Numbered from the stretch's first letter, positions 37,841-47,991 are shown. The stretch: 64,000 nucleotides of DNA from Cenarchaeum sp. (GCA_965212015.1 OZ243037.1:128001-192000); one strand, 5' to 3'. Notes: generated by a model not told the origin, from the sequence alone. Made by a program: numbers and translations.

Positions 37841-39047
37841 ACCGCTTTCTCTTTTTGCCTTTTTTTGGGGCCCTGTCGAATCTTTTCTTAAAGCCGCCCC
37901 TGGCCGGCTTTTTTTCGGGCCTGTCTGGCCTGGGGGGAGGGGGATCCTTGTACTTTTTGTCAATCTCATCAATCCTGATGTTTAGCTTTTCTAGCAGCGT
38001 GGCGTTTAGCTCCTTGTCGTGCATGTCGACTCTTGCGGCGATGGCAGCCTTTGATGCGACTGCCCTTGCTATCTTTCCGCGCTGCCATCTCGGGGCGGCG
38101 TGGACCAGCGGGTGCTGGAAGAGCAGGCCGTGCTTTGGGGGCTGCGTGCCCGTCTTGATCGACCTGAACAGCGCCCTTTCTGCGCCGATTATCTGTATCG
38201 TACTGGAGGGCATCATTGCAAGCCTCCTGAGGCTTCCGGCCTTTGCAATCATCCTTGCGCTTACCGTCGTGCCAAGTATGGCAGTGAGGTTTGGCGCCAC
38301 TGCCTTCATCTGCGACTCCATGTGATCCTCCATCTTTTTTCGCAGCTTGTGCAGGTCCAGAATCTGTCCTGCCAGTGTCTGGACTATTTCAAAGTTCTCA
38401 TCAGAAATGTCCGCCCCGCGGCTTTTTTCCTGCACCAGCTCCAGCATTTCTATCTTAGAGTCCGGAAAACCCGCATCCGCATACGCCTGCCTTGAGAGAT
38501 CCCCCCTTCGTCCCACAAGGACCAGCTGCGCGTATCCGGGAAGGCTGTCTACCAGGTTGTCAAGCTCTGGAAAATGCAGGCTGTACCATTCTCTCAGGTG
38601 GGAGCCCATTATGTTGGTTATCTTGTCCAGGTCGTCTAGCGTGTTGATTGCCTGGATGGCGTGAAGATCGGGGCTTTGCGATATCTCTGTTATCTTTGAT
38701 GAGGACAGCTCCATTGCAAAGCTTCTCAGCCTCTCCATTGCGTCCTTTTCGTCGCCGGCAAGGCCGGCCTCTGCGAGAATCTGCGGCTTTGCCGACTGGA
38801 TGCGCTCGCACTCGTCCCCGTCTGCCATCTGGCAGTCGACTGACTCTTTTTTGAGGACCGACCGCAGCGACTCGTCGTTGACTAGGACGTCTGATCCGGC
38901 CAGATACCTTACGACCTCGCCTGATATGCCCTTTTTGTTTTTTATCTCCGTATACTGCCTTGCCGGCTCGTCAAAGGCGAAGCTTTTGAGAAAGCGGTCT
39001 TTTTCGTATATGATTATTCCGAGTTCCGTGAGGATACACTTGTGCAT
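37827..39047 (-). CDS. nop5: Nop5 (Nop56/58) C/D RNP protein
   Basis: Motifs REWYSLHFPEL, APNL, PSSTIQIIGAE and PKHGLLF, with a basic tail. Confidence 0.95.
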   Translation of the reverse strand: MHKCILTELGIIIYEKDRFLKSFAFDEPARQYTEIKNKKGISGEVVRYLAGSDVLVNDESLRSVLKKESVDCQMADGDECERIQSAKPQILAEAGLAGDEKDAMERLRSFAMELSSSKITEISQSPDLHAIQAINTLDDLDKITNIMGSHLREWYSLHFPELDNLVDSLPGYAQLVLVGRRGDLSRQAYADAGFPDSKIEMLELVQEKSRGADISDENFEIVQTLAGQILDLHKLRKKMEDHMESQMKAVAPNLTAILGTTVSARMIAKAGSLRRLAMMPSSTIQIIGAERALFRSIKTGTQPPKHGLLFQHPLVHAAPRWQRGKIARAVASKAAIAARVDMHDKELNATLLEKLNIRIDEIDKKYKDPPPPRPDRPEKKPARGGFKKRFDRAPKKGKKRKRFGKR

Positions 39048-39134
39048 CGGGTGTTCTCAACTAGCTCCATTAAAAAAGCTACCAGTCAATTGCTATAACT
39101 AACCGTTATATTCCAAACACGCCTAGCCCTGTAA

Positions 39135-40043
39135 GTGAAGCCGAGTCTTTTGACTAGTATGGGTGCCATGACCCTGCAAAAGCCCGCAATGCTTGCCTCC
39201 GGAATACTGGGCATATCAGTCGACGTCTTTGGGCGGATAATCGAGGCCGGCGCCGGCGCCGTGGTCACAAAGTCCCTTAGCCGGGAGCCGTGGGAGGGCT
39301 ATCCGAATCCGACCGTCCTTGGCGTCGGCGGCGGCGGGTGGCTAAACGCAGTCGGACTCTCAAACCCCGGGGCTGCAAACTTTGCCAAAATGATCCCCGA
39401 AAAATACGGCGCGCCGATTATAGTCAGCCTGGTGGGATCAGTCCGGGAGGATTTTGAATTCATGATAGGGCAGTTTGAGGGCCGTGCGGTGGCCGCATAC
39501 GAGCTGAACCTTTCCTGTCCGCATGTGGCCAAGGTGGGCCTGGAGGTGGGCGATGATCCGGGACTGGTCCGGGACATTGTGTCTGCGGCAAAAAACTCTA
39601 CTGATCTTCCGGTGATTGCAAAGGTGGGGCTGGGCACCACGCACTATCTCAAGACGGTGGGCGCCGCCCTTGAATCTGGCGCAGACGCAATCACTGCCAT
39701 TAACACGGTGCGCGCAATGGCAATAGACATCGACACCAAAAGGCCCATCCTGAGCAACAAGATAGGCGGACTCTCAGGCTCCCCGATAAAGCCGATAGCC
39801 GTGCGGTGCGTCTATGAGATATACTCGGAATACGGCGCGCCAGTCATCGGCTGCGGCGGGATATCCTCGTGGCGCGACGCAGTGGAGTTTATCCTTGCAG
39901 GCGCAAGCGCAGTGCAGGTGGGCAGCGCCATAGGCGCCGACAGCATTGGGATATTCGGGGACATAAACGACGGCATTACCCAGTACATGGAGTCCAACGG
40001 GTTTGGCAGCATACGGGACATGGTGGGCCTTGGAGGATCATAA
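39135..40043 (+). CDS. pyrD: dihydroorotate dehydrogenase, catalytic subunit
   Basis: Motifs LASG, NAVGLSNPG, ELNLSCPH and GGLSG. Confidence 0.93.
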   Translation: MKPSLLTSMGAMTLQKPAMLASGILGISVDVFGRIIEAGAGAVVTKSLSREPWEGYPNPTVLGVGGGGWLNAVGLSNPGAANFAKMIPEKYGAPIIVSLVGSVREDFEFMIGQFEGRAVAAYELNLSCPHVAKVGLEVGDDPGLVRDIVSAAKNSTDLPVIAKVGLGTTHYLKTVGAALESGADAITAINTVRAMAIDIDTKRPILSNKIGGLSGSPIKPIAVRCVYEIYSEYGAPVIGCGGISSWRDAVEFILAGASAVQVGSAIGADSIGIFGDINDGITQYMESNGFGSIRDMVGLGGS

Positions 40044-40833
40044 CCGGCCTGAGATCCGCACCGTCGAGGAGGTAATCGACGAGACGCCCACCGTGCGGAC
40101 GCTTGTGTTCTCAGATGGCGTGTTGCATGATGCGCGGCCCGGGCAGTTTGCAATGGTATGGGTTCCCGGAATCGGCGAGCTGCCGATGAGCATAATGGTC
40201 TCGCAGCCGGGCAAGGCGGCCTTTACCGTACGAAGGCACGGCACTGCGTCTGCCGGGCTGTTTAACACGGGGGCGGGCCAAAAGATCGGCGTTCGCGGCC
40301 CGTACGGCAACTCCTTTGATGTCCGTCCCGGCAGGCTGCTGCTAGTCGGGGGAGGAACAGGCCTTGTGCCGCTGATGCGGCTGCTGACTTGCACGGGGCC
40401 CGATGACGACGTTACGGTGCTGATCGGGGCCCGGACAAAAGGCGAGGTGTTCTTTGAGGGTCTGGCGCGCAGATTGCTTGGGAAGAAATCGCGCATATGC
40501 GTGACTACAAACGACGGGACGTACGGCAGGGCGGGGCTTGTGACTGACGAGGCGGCAAGGCTTTGCGGCGAGACTGGGTTTGATGCCGTCTATACGTGCG
40601 GGCCTGAAATAATGATGTACAAGACAGTCCGGATTGCCAACTCTGCGGGTTTTTTTGTCCAGGCAAGCCTTGAGCGCGTGATGAAGTGCGGCATTGGCAT
40701 GTGCGGAAGCTGCTGTATGGGAAGGGATCTGGCGTGCCGCGACGGGACCGTCTTTGACGGAAGGCATCTTGCCTCGAATCCCGAGTTTGGCAGAACTTTT
40801 AGAAACAAGGCGGGAATCCCCGAAAATTATTAG
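40030..40833 (+). CDS. pyrK: dihydroorotate dehydrogenase electron transfer subunit
   Basis: Motifs PGQF, RGPYG, GGGTG, CGPE and CGIGMCGSC...C. Confidence 0.92.
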   Translation: MEDHNRPEIRTVEEVIDETPTVRTLVFSDGVLHDARPGQFAMVWVPGIGELPMSIMVSQPGKAAFTVRRHGTASAGLFNTGAGQKIGVRGPYGNSFDVRPGRLLLVGGGTGLVPLMRLLTCTGPDDDVTVLIGARTKGEVFFEGLARRLLGKKSRICVTTNDGTYGRAGLVTDEAARLCGETGFDAVYTCGPEIMMYKTVRIANSAGFFVQASLERVMKCGIGMCGSCCMGRDLACRDGTVFDGRHLASNPEFGRTFRNKAGIPENY

Positions 40834-40883
40834 ATCTGCTAGCAAGGTTTAAAATAAATCGCTATTTAGAGCCGGTAAATACG

Positions 40884-42611
40884 ATGACTGCCCCAAGGAT
40901 AGTGCTTACCGCAGACAGGACGCTAATGTCGCCGTACAGGAACCTGTCTTTGGCCACGTTTTTTGGTTGCGCGCCGGCCCTTGATCCCAACCGCGATCCC
41001 AAGAGCTTTTGGTACAAGATACTCAAAAACCAGGTGACGCCCAAGATACTCTTTGATTTTATCTGCAACTATATACCCCACACCAACGGGGTGGCCAACT
41101 ATGCCCCCTACGGGCTGCGTAAAGTCGAGGCCGGCCTTTTGCGCGACGGCTTTGCGCGCGACGACGTGGTGGTGGCACACCCGGATCACATTGAAAAATT
41201 CATAGGCCCCGAGACGCAGGTGGTCGGAACCTACGAGATGGATCCGCTTGGAATGGGGCCAGTCACGATGACCTTTACGTACGGAAGAAAGCAAATGTCG
41301 TACGACGAGTACTATAACAGGGAGCTTCACATGAGGATCAATGCCGCAAAAAAGAAAAACAACAGCAATGCCAAGGTGATTGCCGGGGCCTCTGGAACCT
41401 GGCAGTACAACTATGACCCGCAAAAAATCCAGGAATACGGCCTGTATGCGGTTCTGGAAGGCGAGCTTGGCGGGATTGCGCCGGAGATCGACGGCCACGC
41501 AGGACGCTTCTTCAACTATCTGATGGACGGCGAGTTTGAAAACATGGATCCGTTCAGGAAGCGCAGCGACTTTAAGGTAAACATCAAGGAATTCGAAAGG
41601 GAGGGCAAGAAAATCCACGGGCGGTTTGTAAACTTTTGGGACAGGCCGGACCTGGATGACATTCCGGAGATAGTGGAGCCCAGCATGCACGGAATGATAG
41701 AGGTGATGAGGGGATGCGGCAGGGGGTGCAAGTTCTGCGACGTGACGCTGCGATCCCTGAGGTACTATTCGCCCGAAAAGGTCAAAAAAGAGATCGAAGT
41801 CAACATAAAAAAGGGCGGCGCAAAGTCTGCATGGGTCCACAGCGACGACATTTTTGTCTACGGGATGGATCCCAGGACAAGCAAGGGGATGGAGCCCAAC
41901 CGCGAGGCACTCGAGGAGCTATTCACTGCGATCATGTCTACTGGCGTGCCGCACACAAACCCGACGCACGGGACGCTTGCCGGCGCCATAGCAGACGAAA
42001 AGCTGATTCCCAACCTTTCAAGAATAATGAAGTCCGGATCCGAAAACCTGATAGGCGTACAGTGCGGCTTTGAGACCGGCAGCCTGAGGCTGATTGAAAA
42101 ATACGCAGACAGAAAGCTTGCGCCGTACAAGCCCGAAGAGTGGCACTGGGTCCTCAAGGAGGGGGTAAAGACGCTAAACCGGGACTATTGGATTCCCGCA
42201 TTCACGCTAATCATGGGCCTTGACAACGACGAGACGCCGGAGGATTCCTGGGAGACGATCCGGATAATCAGCGAGCTTGAGCAGGAACAGCCGGACTCCA
42301 TGTTTACCACCACGCCTCTCACCTTTGTGCCGATCGGCCTGCTGGAAAAGTCAGAGTTCTTTAACATCGGCAACGACATGGATCCCGCCCAGCTGGGAGT
42401 CATGTACAAGACGTGGCAGCACAACTTCAAGTACGGCATTCAAAAGTTCATGACCAAGACCGGCGGCGGAAGCGGCGCAAGAAGGACGTTCTTTAACATA
42501 ATAGCGCGGTCGCTTGGCGGCGTCCCGCTGGGGGCCATGGAGAGGTATGCCAGGCGCAAGGGCGCCGAGCACGAGCGAGTCATTGAAAAAATCAAGGTAA
42601 AATACTGGTAG
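40884..42611 (+). CDS. B12-binding-domain-type radical SAM protein
   Basis: APYGLRKVEA, MDPLGMGP, RGCGRGCKFC and GFETGS. Confidence 0.85.
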   Translation: MTAPRIVLTADRTLMSPYRNLSLATFFGCAPALDPNRDPKSFWYKILKNQVTPKILFDFICNYIPHTNGVANYAPYGLRKVEAGLLRDGFARDDVVVAHPDHIEKFIGPETQVVGTYEMDPLGMGPVTMTFTYGRKQMSYDEYYNRELHMRINAAKKKNNSNAKVIAGASGTWQYNYDPQKIQEYGLYAVLEGELGGIAPEIDGHAGRFFNYLMDGEFENMDPFRKRSDFKVNIKEFEREGKKIHGRFVNFWDRPDLDDIPEIVEPSMHGMIEVMRGCGRGCKFCDVTLRSLRYYSPEKVKKEIEVNIKKGGAKSAWVHSDDIFVYGMDPRTSKGMEPNREALEELFTAIMSTGVPHTNPTHGTLAGAIADEKLIPNLSRIMKSGSENLIGVQCGFETGSLRLIEKYADRKLAPYKPEEWHWVLKEGVKTLNRDYWIPAFTLIMGLDNDETPEDSWETIRIISELEQEQPDSMFTTTPLTFVPIGLLEKSEFFNIGNDMDPAQLGVMYKTWQHNFKYGIQKFMTKTGGGSGARRTFFNIIARSLGGVPLGAMERYARRKGAEHERVIEKIKVKYW

Positions 42612-42695
42612 GATTCGTATGGCACGCACCCGTAGGGCCGCCCGGCATGAGCGCGTAATACAAATACATAAATTCAATCCGGCAGGTAACACGGT

Positions 42696-42878
42696 ATGGC
42701 AACCCACGGATCGCTTACCAAGGCAGGCAAGGTAAGGGGGCAGACCCCGAAAATTGAGGGAAGAAAAAAGATCGGCACCAGCTCCAGCCTCAGAAACAAG
42801 AGCAATTTTAAAAAACGCTTTGTCCTAAACAGGGTTCCAGGCCAAAACAAGCCCGGACAGCGAAGGCGAAGACGCTAG
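42696..42878 (+). CDS. rps30e: 30S ribosomal protein S30e
   Basis: HGSLTKAGKVRGQTPK. Confidence 0.95.
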   Translation: MATHGSLTKAGKVRGQTPKIEGRKKIGTSSSLRNKSNFKKRFVLNRVPGQNKPGQRRRRR

Positions 42879-43165
42879 CCCGTATTGCCGTCCTCTGCAA
42901 GCGCCTCTCTTATCGATGCTGCGTGCTCTTTAAGCATTGCATGAAACTCTTGAATGTCCTCCAGTGCGGGACTCTTTTGCCTGCCCGCATACGCCTGTAT
43001 GAATGCCGAGTATACGCATCCGGCGATTATCCCAAAGGCGGCGTCTGTGGGGGAGCCTATCTCGGGTGAGTACGATTCTGCGATCTGCCTGTATGACTGG
43101 GCCTCGCCGATATAGTATTCTATCTGGTCCTTGATGTATGTGCGATCCTCCTCGGAAATCCCCAT
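42875..43165 (-). CDS. hypothetical protein
   Basis: 96-aa helical ORF with a convergent overlap on S30e. Confidence 0.7.
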   Translation of the reverse strand: MGISEEDRTYIKDQIEYYIGEAQSYRQIAESYSPEIGSPTDAAFGIIAGCVYSAFIQAYAGRQKSPALEDIQEFHAMLKEHAASIREALAEDGNTG

Positions 43166-43305
43166 GCACCGTGTGTGGATTTTCTGTTATTTGTATATTG
43201 CAGGCATTCTGACATCGGCGGATTCGGCCCCGGCTGCCGGCAGTTTTTGCACGGCGGCGTGGATGGTTTAAATTCAGATCCACGCCAGGTGATGCCGTCA
43301 AGGCA

Positions 43306-43782
43306 GTGGCATCACTTTTTGCCGTGACGGTGCTTGTGGCAATGATTCCTGCGGCGTTTGCAGATGCAAACGAGGCGCACAGCATTGCCACAAATTATAT
43401 GCAGTCACAGTCCGACGAGTCGACCCGTGATGCAGAAGGGATTCCGATCGTGTTTTCTGCAGTCGACGGGGACAAGCTGGTAATGGGAATAAGCGCAGCC
43501 GCCTTTTCGTCCAACACCACGTATACCGAATCCCAGGTGCAGGAATTTCTCGGAATCACCACGCCTGTAGAGATCACATACCTGTCGACTATGCCTCTAT
43601 CTGTAGGAGATCCGGTTCCATGGAATGCCGACCAAAACCAAGTTGCCGGCACTCACGAGCCATCCCCCTACAATGCGTCCCTGCCGATACTGCTGCTGGT
43701 ACTCGGATGTGCGATTGCGGTACCGGCAGTGTGGATGGCAAGGAGGCGGTTCCGCAGAACGCAGAGCCGCCTACAGCAGTGA
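43306..43782 (+). CDS. surface-anchored hypothetical protein
   Basis: Signal peptide (AFA) and a C-terminal TM helix followed by RRRFRR. Confidence 0.6.
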   Translation: MASLFAVTVLVAMIPAAFADANEAHSIATNYMQSQSDESTRDAEGIPIVFSAVDGDKLVMGISAAAFSSNTTYTESQVQEFLGITTPVEITYLSTMPLSVGDPVPWNADQNQVAGTHEPSPYNASLPILLLVLGCAIAVPAVWMARRRFRRTQSRLQQ

Positions 43783-43836
43783 GCCCGGCGCGTGCGATTA
43801 CAAAATTATTTAAGGTGACAAACACGGCCTATACTG

Positions 43837-44571
43837 ATGTCCGATCCCGCCCCGTCAGGGCCAAACGTCATGCTGTGGGGACTGGTGGCGGCGTTTATCC
43901 TGTCTGCCTTTCTGGGCGGCTATCTTGTAGGCTCTGGCACCGAGTCCGTCTCAAACGAGGATCTTGCAAAAATAATAACACAAACGCGCCAGACGCAGGC
44001 GCAGCAGGCCCCAGACGCGCCGGTCTTTGTCTCGCTGGATGACGATCCAAGCAAGGGAAACCCCGAGGCGGCAGTCACCATAGTAGAGTTTTCTGATTTT
44101 CAGTGTCCGTCGTGCAACAGGTTTTACCAGCAGGTCCTCCCGCAGCTGGAGCGGCATTACATTGATACGGGAAAGATAAACTTTGTCTACCGCGACATGC
44201 CGCTGAACATACACGCAAACGCAGTTCCCGCCCATGCGGCAGCCGAGTGCGCCCACGAGCAGGGAATGTTCTGGCAGTACCACGACATCCTTTTTGAGAG
44301 GCAGTCGCAATGGAACAGGCTTGACGCACAGGATCTTGATGCGCAGCTAAAGGCGTATGCCGCAGAGTTGGGACTGGACTCTGGCTTTGATGAATGCATA
44401 AAATCACCTGACGTTATCCGCGAGATTCAAAAGGACTTTGCCCAGGCAAGGGGGTACGGGGCGCAGGGGACCCCGACGTTTTTCGTGGGAAACGACTCTG
44501 ACGGGTATATCAAGCTGGCAGGCGTGCATCCGTTCTCGACGTTCCAGTCCATGATTGATTCAAAGCTTTGA
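43837..44571 (+). CDS. DsbA-family thiol:disulfide oxidoreductase
   Basis: N-terminal TM helix, EFSDFQCPSC and GTPTFFV. Confidence 0.92.
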   Translation: MSDPAPSGPNVMLWGLVAAFILSAFLGGYLVGSGTESVSNEDLAKIITQTRQTQAQQAPDAPVFVSLDDDPSKGNPEAAVTIVEFSDFQCPSCNRFYQQVLPQLERHYIDTGKINFVYRDMPLNIHANAVPAHAAAECAHEQGMFWQYHDILFERQSQWNRLDAQDLDAQLKAYAAELGLDSGFDECIKSPDVIREIQKDFAQARGYGAQGTPTFFVGNDSDGYIKLAGVHPFSTFQSMIDSKL

Positions 44572-45026
44572 CGTGGAAGCTGGACAGGGACGAATACTAT
44601 TTTCGCATCCTCGACTCAAAAAAGCAGATTGCGGGGTATTTTGATCCCGATTACGGCAGGACGATGCCCGAGGCGCGCAGGGAGCAGATGATCGACGAAA
44701 TGTGGAAAAACCACGACGCAATCCCGGGGGGCTATCTGATGGTGGGCCTGGTAAAATTCGGGATATTTGGGGGTGATTATAACTCTGATGTGTTCGGCCT
44801 AGAAAGACAGATGGATTACATAGGCGAGAGGATTCTAAAGTGGAAGGATTTCATCGCCTCGCAGGACATCAGGCTCCACTTTGTAAACATATCGCACACA
44901 GACCAGGACATGCTCACCATTACGATACCGCTGAGGTTTCAAAGGCCGGTTCCGCTAGAAAGGGGGCACATCTATGCGCAGCTTGAGCCTATGCTGGGTC
45001 TGCTGCAGCGGCGACGCCTGCTATAG
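44568..45026 (+). CDS. hypothetical protein
   Basis: 152-aa ORF with a TTGA overlap on dsbA. Confidence 0.65.
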   Translation: MTWKLDRDEYYFRILDSKKQIAGYFDPDYGRTMPEARREQMIDEMWKNHDAIPGGYLMVGLVKFGIFGGDYNSDVFGLERQMDYIGERILKWKDFIASQDIRLHFVNISHTDQDMLTITIPLRFQRPVPLERGHIYAQLEPMLGLLQRRRLL

Positions 45027-45735
45027 CGCCGTTCCAGTATCTTGACAGGACCGCATACCCCACAAACGACGACGCAAACAGTATGCCCGAGCCTAGGGGG
45101 AACTCTGGGACTGCGGCATACTCTTCGGATTCTGCGACAAGCGCATAGTCCACTGCGCCAATCTGCTCCTTGTCAGAGGCGTGAATCAGAAAAAACGACT
45201 CTTCGGAGGCCCTGAGATAGTCCGGCTTTGTATGGGCCTTTGATACTGCGGCTATGTTGCCGTGCACGTCGTACAGCGTGGCTATAACTGACACTGCGTT
45301 GGCAGTAATCTCGCCTCCGTTTGAGACGGTGCCGGTAATTACCAGGTTCCCAAAGCCGTCCCTTGAGAGCTCAGACGATGTAATGTCGATTGCCTGGCTT
45401 TTTGGGGCCGCAACCTTGTACTCAAAGTCAAGCGCATAGCCCTGGAGGTCGTCCGGGTTTATCCTGCCTATTGCAATCTCAAAGGGGGCAGTTATTCCGG
45501 GCATTATGTTGTTGAGCAGCGTCCTGGCAGACGCCGTGCCGATTACGCGCTCCGGCGAGTGCACGGTGGCGTGCACCTCGAGCTGGCTGAGCGGCACGTC
45601 TGAGCCGTTGTCCACCTCGCCCACTATATACAGTATGCCGTCATCAAAGTACGCCTGATCGTTTTGGATCTCTATCTCCGCCCAGACTGCGGGGACTCCT
45701 AGCGCCAGCAGCAACAAGACAAGGTGTACTCTCAC
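44989..45735 (-). CDS. FxLYD-domain secreted protein with a PEF-CTERM-like sorting signal
   Basis: Signal peptide, two Ig-like repeats (IVGEV.N and ITGTV.N, ATLYD), and VPEFP followed by a TM helix. Confidence 0.78.
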   Translation of the reverse strand: MRVHLVLLLLALGVPAVWAEIEIQNDQAYFDDGILYIVGEVDNGSDVPLSQLEVHATVHSPERVIGTASARTLLNNIMPGITAPFEIAIGRINPDDLQGYALDFEYKVAAPKSQAIDITSSELSRDGFGNLVITGTVSNGGEITANAVSVIATLYDVHGNIAAVSKAHTKPDYLRASEESFFLIHASDKEQIGAVDYALVAESEEYAAVPEFPLGSGILFASSFVGYAVLSRYWNGAIAGVAAAADPA

Positions 45736-46271
45736 CCCGTCGTGTTGGCGCCTGTGACTAAAGAAGCTTGTGGCTTTTGGCCCGCTTGCGCGCCCTTGTA
45801 GCTTGCCAGCGCGGCAAGCTCGTACGAAAACGACTCTTGGTGCAGCTCGTCTGCCCTGACGCCGTGCGACTCATCACCCGTGTCTATCCATAGCGCGATC
45901 TGCAAGTCGCGCTCCAGCTGCGACTCTGTCGACAGCCTAAAGAGCTCAACTGACGGGGCAAACGACTCGGGCGGCTCCAGCCCGTCGTATCTCTGAATCA
46001 GGGCCTCCATCTGCACAAAGTGCCCCCCTGCAATCTCTAAAAACTCCTGCCCTGTCATGCCGCCCTCGTGGTACGTCCTCTCGGCGGAATCAAATGCGTC
46101 CTGTAATAGCACCAGGTCGTCCTGGATTCCCTTGATGTCTGCCCCAAAGGCGCCGCCACGGATCTTTTGCTGGTCTGCCTGATAGCCGTACCAGATCGCC
46201 CCTGCGAGAATTGCCCCCAGAATCAAAACCAGGACGATGCGCCGCTTTTGCCTTTTCCTCAAAACCACCAT
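45732..46271 (-). CDS. membrane-anchored helical hypothetical protein
   Basis: Basic N-terminus plus TM helix, then a helical body. Start at ATG 46271. Confidence 0.7.
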   Translation of the reverse strand: MVVLRKRQKRRIVLVLILGAILAGAIWYGYQADQQKIRGGAFGADIKGIQDDLVLLQDAFDSAERTYHEGGMTGQEFLEIAGGHFVQMEALIQRYDGLEPPESFAPSVELFRLSTESQLERDLQIALWIDTGDESHGVRADELHQESFSYELAALASYKGAQAGQKPQASLVTGANTTG

Positions 46272-46537
46272 ACCCGCCGTTTTTTTGCATTTAAGTTGTC
46301 TGCATGTGCGCCGCACGCAGGGAAATCCCAGACATGCGGCAGCCGTGCTGTTTTTGGGAACGCCGGTGCAGACATGCGTGATTCTGATGCGGGCGGGAAA
46401 GTCATGGACGGCCCGCCATGTGTTCCTGTATGGTAATGCCGCGCAAATCCCGCCGGGGGGCAATCCGTGCCTGTTTTGCGCATTCTGCGTGACTGGCAAT
46501 GCTCTGACTAATATAGTGCCTAGTTTTAGGGGGGCTT

Positions 46538-46777
46538 ATGGCGACTGCTTATGTCCTGATAAACTGCGAGCTCGGCTCTGAGGAGTCAATAATTCAGCAG
46601 CTAAAGGGGCTAGACGGGGTGCGCGAGGTTCACGGAACCTTTGGGGCGTACGACATTCTTGCAAAGATAGAGTCCGATACGGTTGAAAAACTCAGGGAGA
46701 CTATCACGTGGAAGATACGAAAGATAGAGAAAATCCGCTCCACCCTGACGCTGATGGGCATCGAAGGCCAGACATAG
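46538..46777 (+). CDS. Lrp/AsnC ligand-binding (RAM) domain protein
   Basis: AYVLIN, GTFGAYDILAKIE and IRSTLTL. Confidence 0.9.
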   Translation: MATAYVLINCELGSEESIIQQLKGLDGVREVHGTFGAYDILAKIESDTVEKLRETITWKIRKIEKIRSTLTLMGIEGQT

Positions 46778-46786
46778 CGCGTTTTT

Positions 46787-47362
46787 TTGAAATTGCTGCT
46801 GCACTTTATCTTTATGGCAAGGGACGCAGACATTTTACAGCGAAGGGCGGAATTCGAGTATGCCAAAAAGATGGCGCAGTTTTTCAGGACGTGGATTGGC
46901 GAAAAGTTCTCCATACGCCTTGATGTCCGGTGCGACGAGATGGTCACGCACAAACGGCACATGCTAGACAGGCTGGACACACACACGATACTCCGGGATC
47001 ACGAGTCAAGGGGCAGCGATGTGTTTCACTTTTATCTGTGCCATTTCCGCCCCACGTGGACTGACTGTACGTGCGAGGGGTATCACGCAGAAAACTTTGG
47101 GATGATCTACTGGCAAAAACCCAAAAAGCAAGACGACGCCGTGTTTCTGGCAGAAAAAAACTGCACTGCCGTCTCGCACGAGCTTGCCCACGAGCTGCTG
47201 CGGCAAAAAAACTACAAGCGGTTTGTCCAGGACGTACACGACGTCTGGACGAGGCATTTTCACGCCGGCCTGCCCTTTGAGCAGTACGGGACGGATCACA
47301 GGCGAACTGACGGCGAGCCTGCGTTTCTTACGCTGGATGTCTCATCACTAGTGGCGCACTAG
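46787..47362 (+). CDS. hypothetical protein with an HExxH motif
   Basis: VSHELAHELL, plus CTC and several His residues. Confidence 0.7.
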   Translation: MKLLLHFIFMARDADILQRRAEFEYAKKMAQFFRTWIGEKFSIRLDVRCDEMVTHKRHMLDRLDTHTILRDHESRGSDVFHFYLCHFRPTWTDCTCEGYHAENFGMIYWQKPKKQDDAVFLAEKNCTAVSHELAHELLRQKNYKRFVQDVHDVWTRHFHAGLPFEQYGTDHRRTDGEPAFLTLDVSSLVAH

Positions 47363-47991
47363 CACTTTGTCACAGAATAGATATTGTTCTCAAAGTTTGC
47401 AGTCTTAAAGTCCAGCCTGTTTTCGGGATCCTTGCTCCTCGACTTGCTGAGGTTTTCCAGCTCCACTAGGGCCTCGCCCCTGAACCCCACCGACGATCCG
47501 TATATGGCGTCGGTGAGCTGCGTTCCGTGGTCGCCGTCCTTTAGATCGTCGACAATCTCGTAAAACCTGCCCGTGTCGCGCTTGTTTACCGGCTTGCCGA
47601 CTGCCTTGTTGAGCGCCACTGCGATGTACATTCCGTTGTTCTTTACGGCCACGGGAATCCTGTGGTTCTTGCCTGACTTGCCGGGGATTGTCTCGTTGAT
47701 TAGGATCTCGCACTTGTGGTACATGCTAGAAACGTACGCATAAAACCTAAACTGTGCAAACTTGCCTGCCTCGTCCTCTGCACAGTCCACAAACACCCTG
47801 TGCAGGAGCTGCAGTGCGTCATCGTTCATGCTCTGAAGCCTGTCGTCTATCCTTCCCCTTTCCAGGAGCTCAGAGTCGCATTCCTTTGCGACCAGATCCA
47901 GGATGAAATCCGGCAGGTTGTAGTTCTTTAGCGCCGCCACAAAGGCGCCTGCCTGGGACATGCCGAACTTTGGAAAACCCTTGTTTACCAT
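47359..47991 (-). CDS. hypothetical protein, possible inactive restriction-endonuclease-like fold
   Basis: IPGKSGKNHRIPVAV resembles the GKSG..H.ID pattern of Mrr-like domains. Confidence 0.65.
   Translation of the reverse strand: MVNKGFPKFGMSQAGAFVAALKNYNLPDFILDLVAKECDSELLERGRIDDRLQSMNDDALQLLHRVFVDCAEDEAGKFAQFRFYAYVSSMYHKCEILINETIPGKSGKNHRIPVAVKNNGMYIAVALNKAVGKPVNKRDTGRFYEIVDDLKDGDHGTQLTDAIYGSSVGFRGEALVELENLSKSRSKDPENRLDFKTANFENNIYSVTKC

Noticed and set aside
37827-37972. Apparent long in-frame overlap of the fibrillarin N-terminus with the nop5 3' end
   Set aside because: The track ORF is over-extended. A TTG start at 37840 gives a normal 14-bp overlap.
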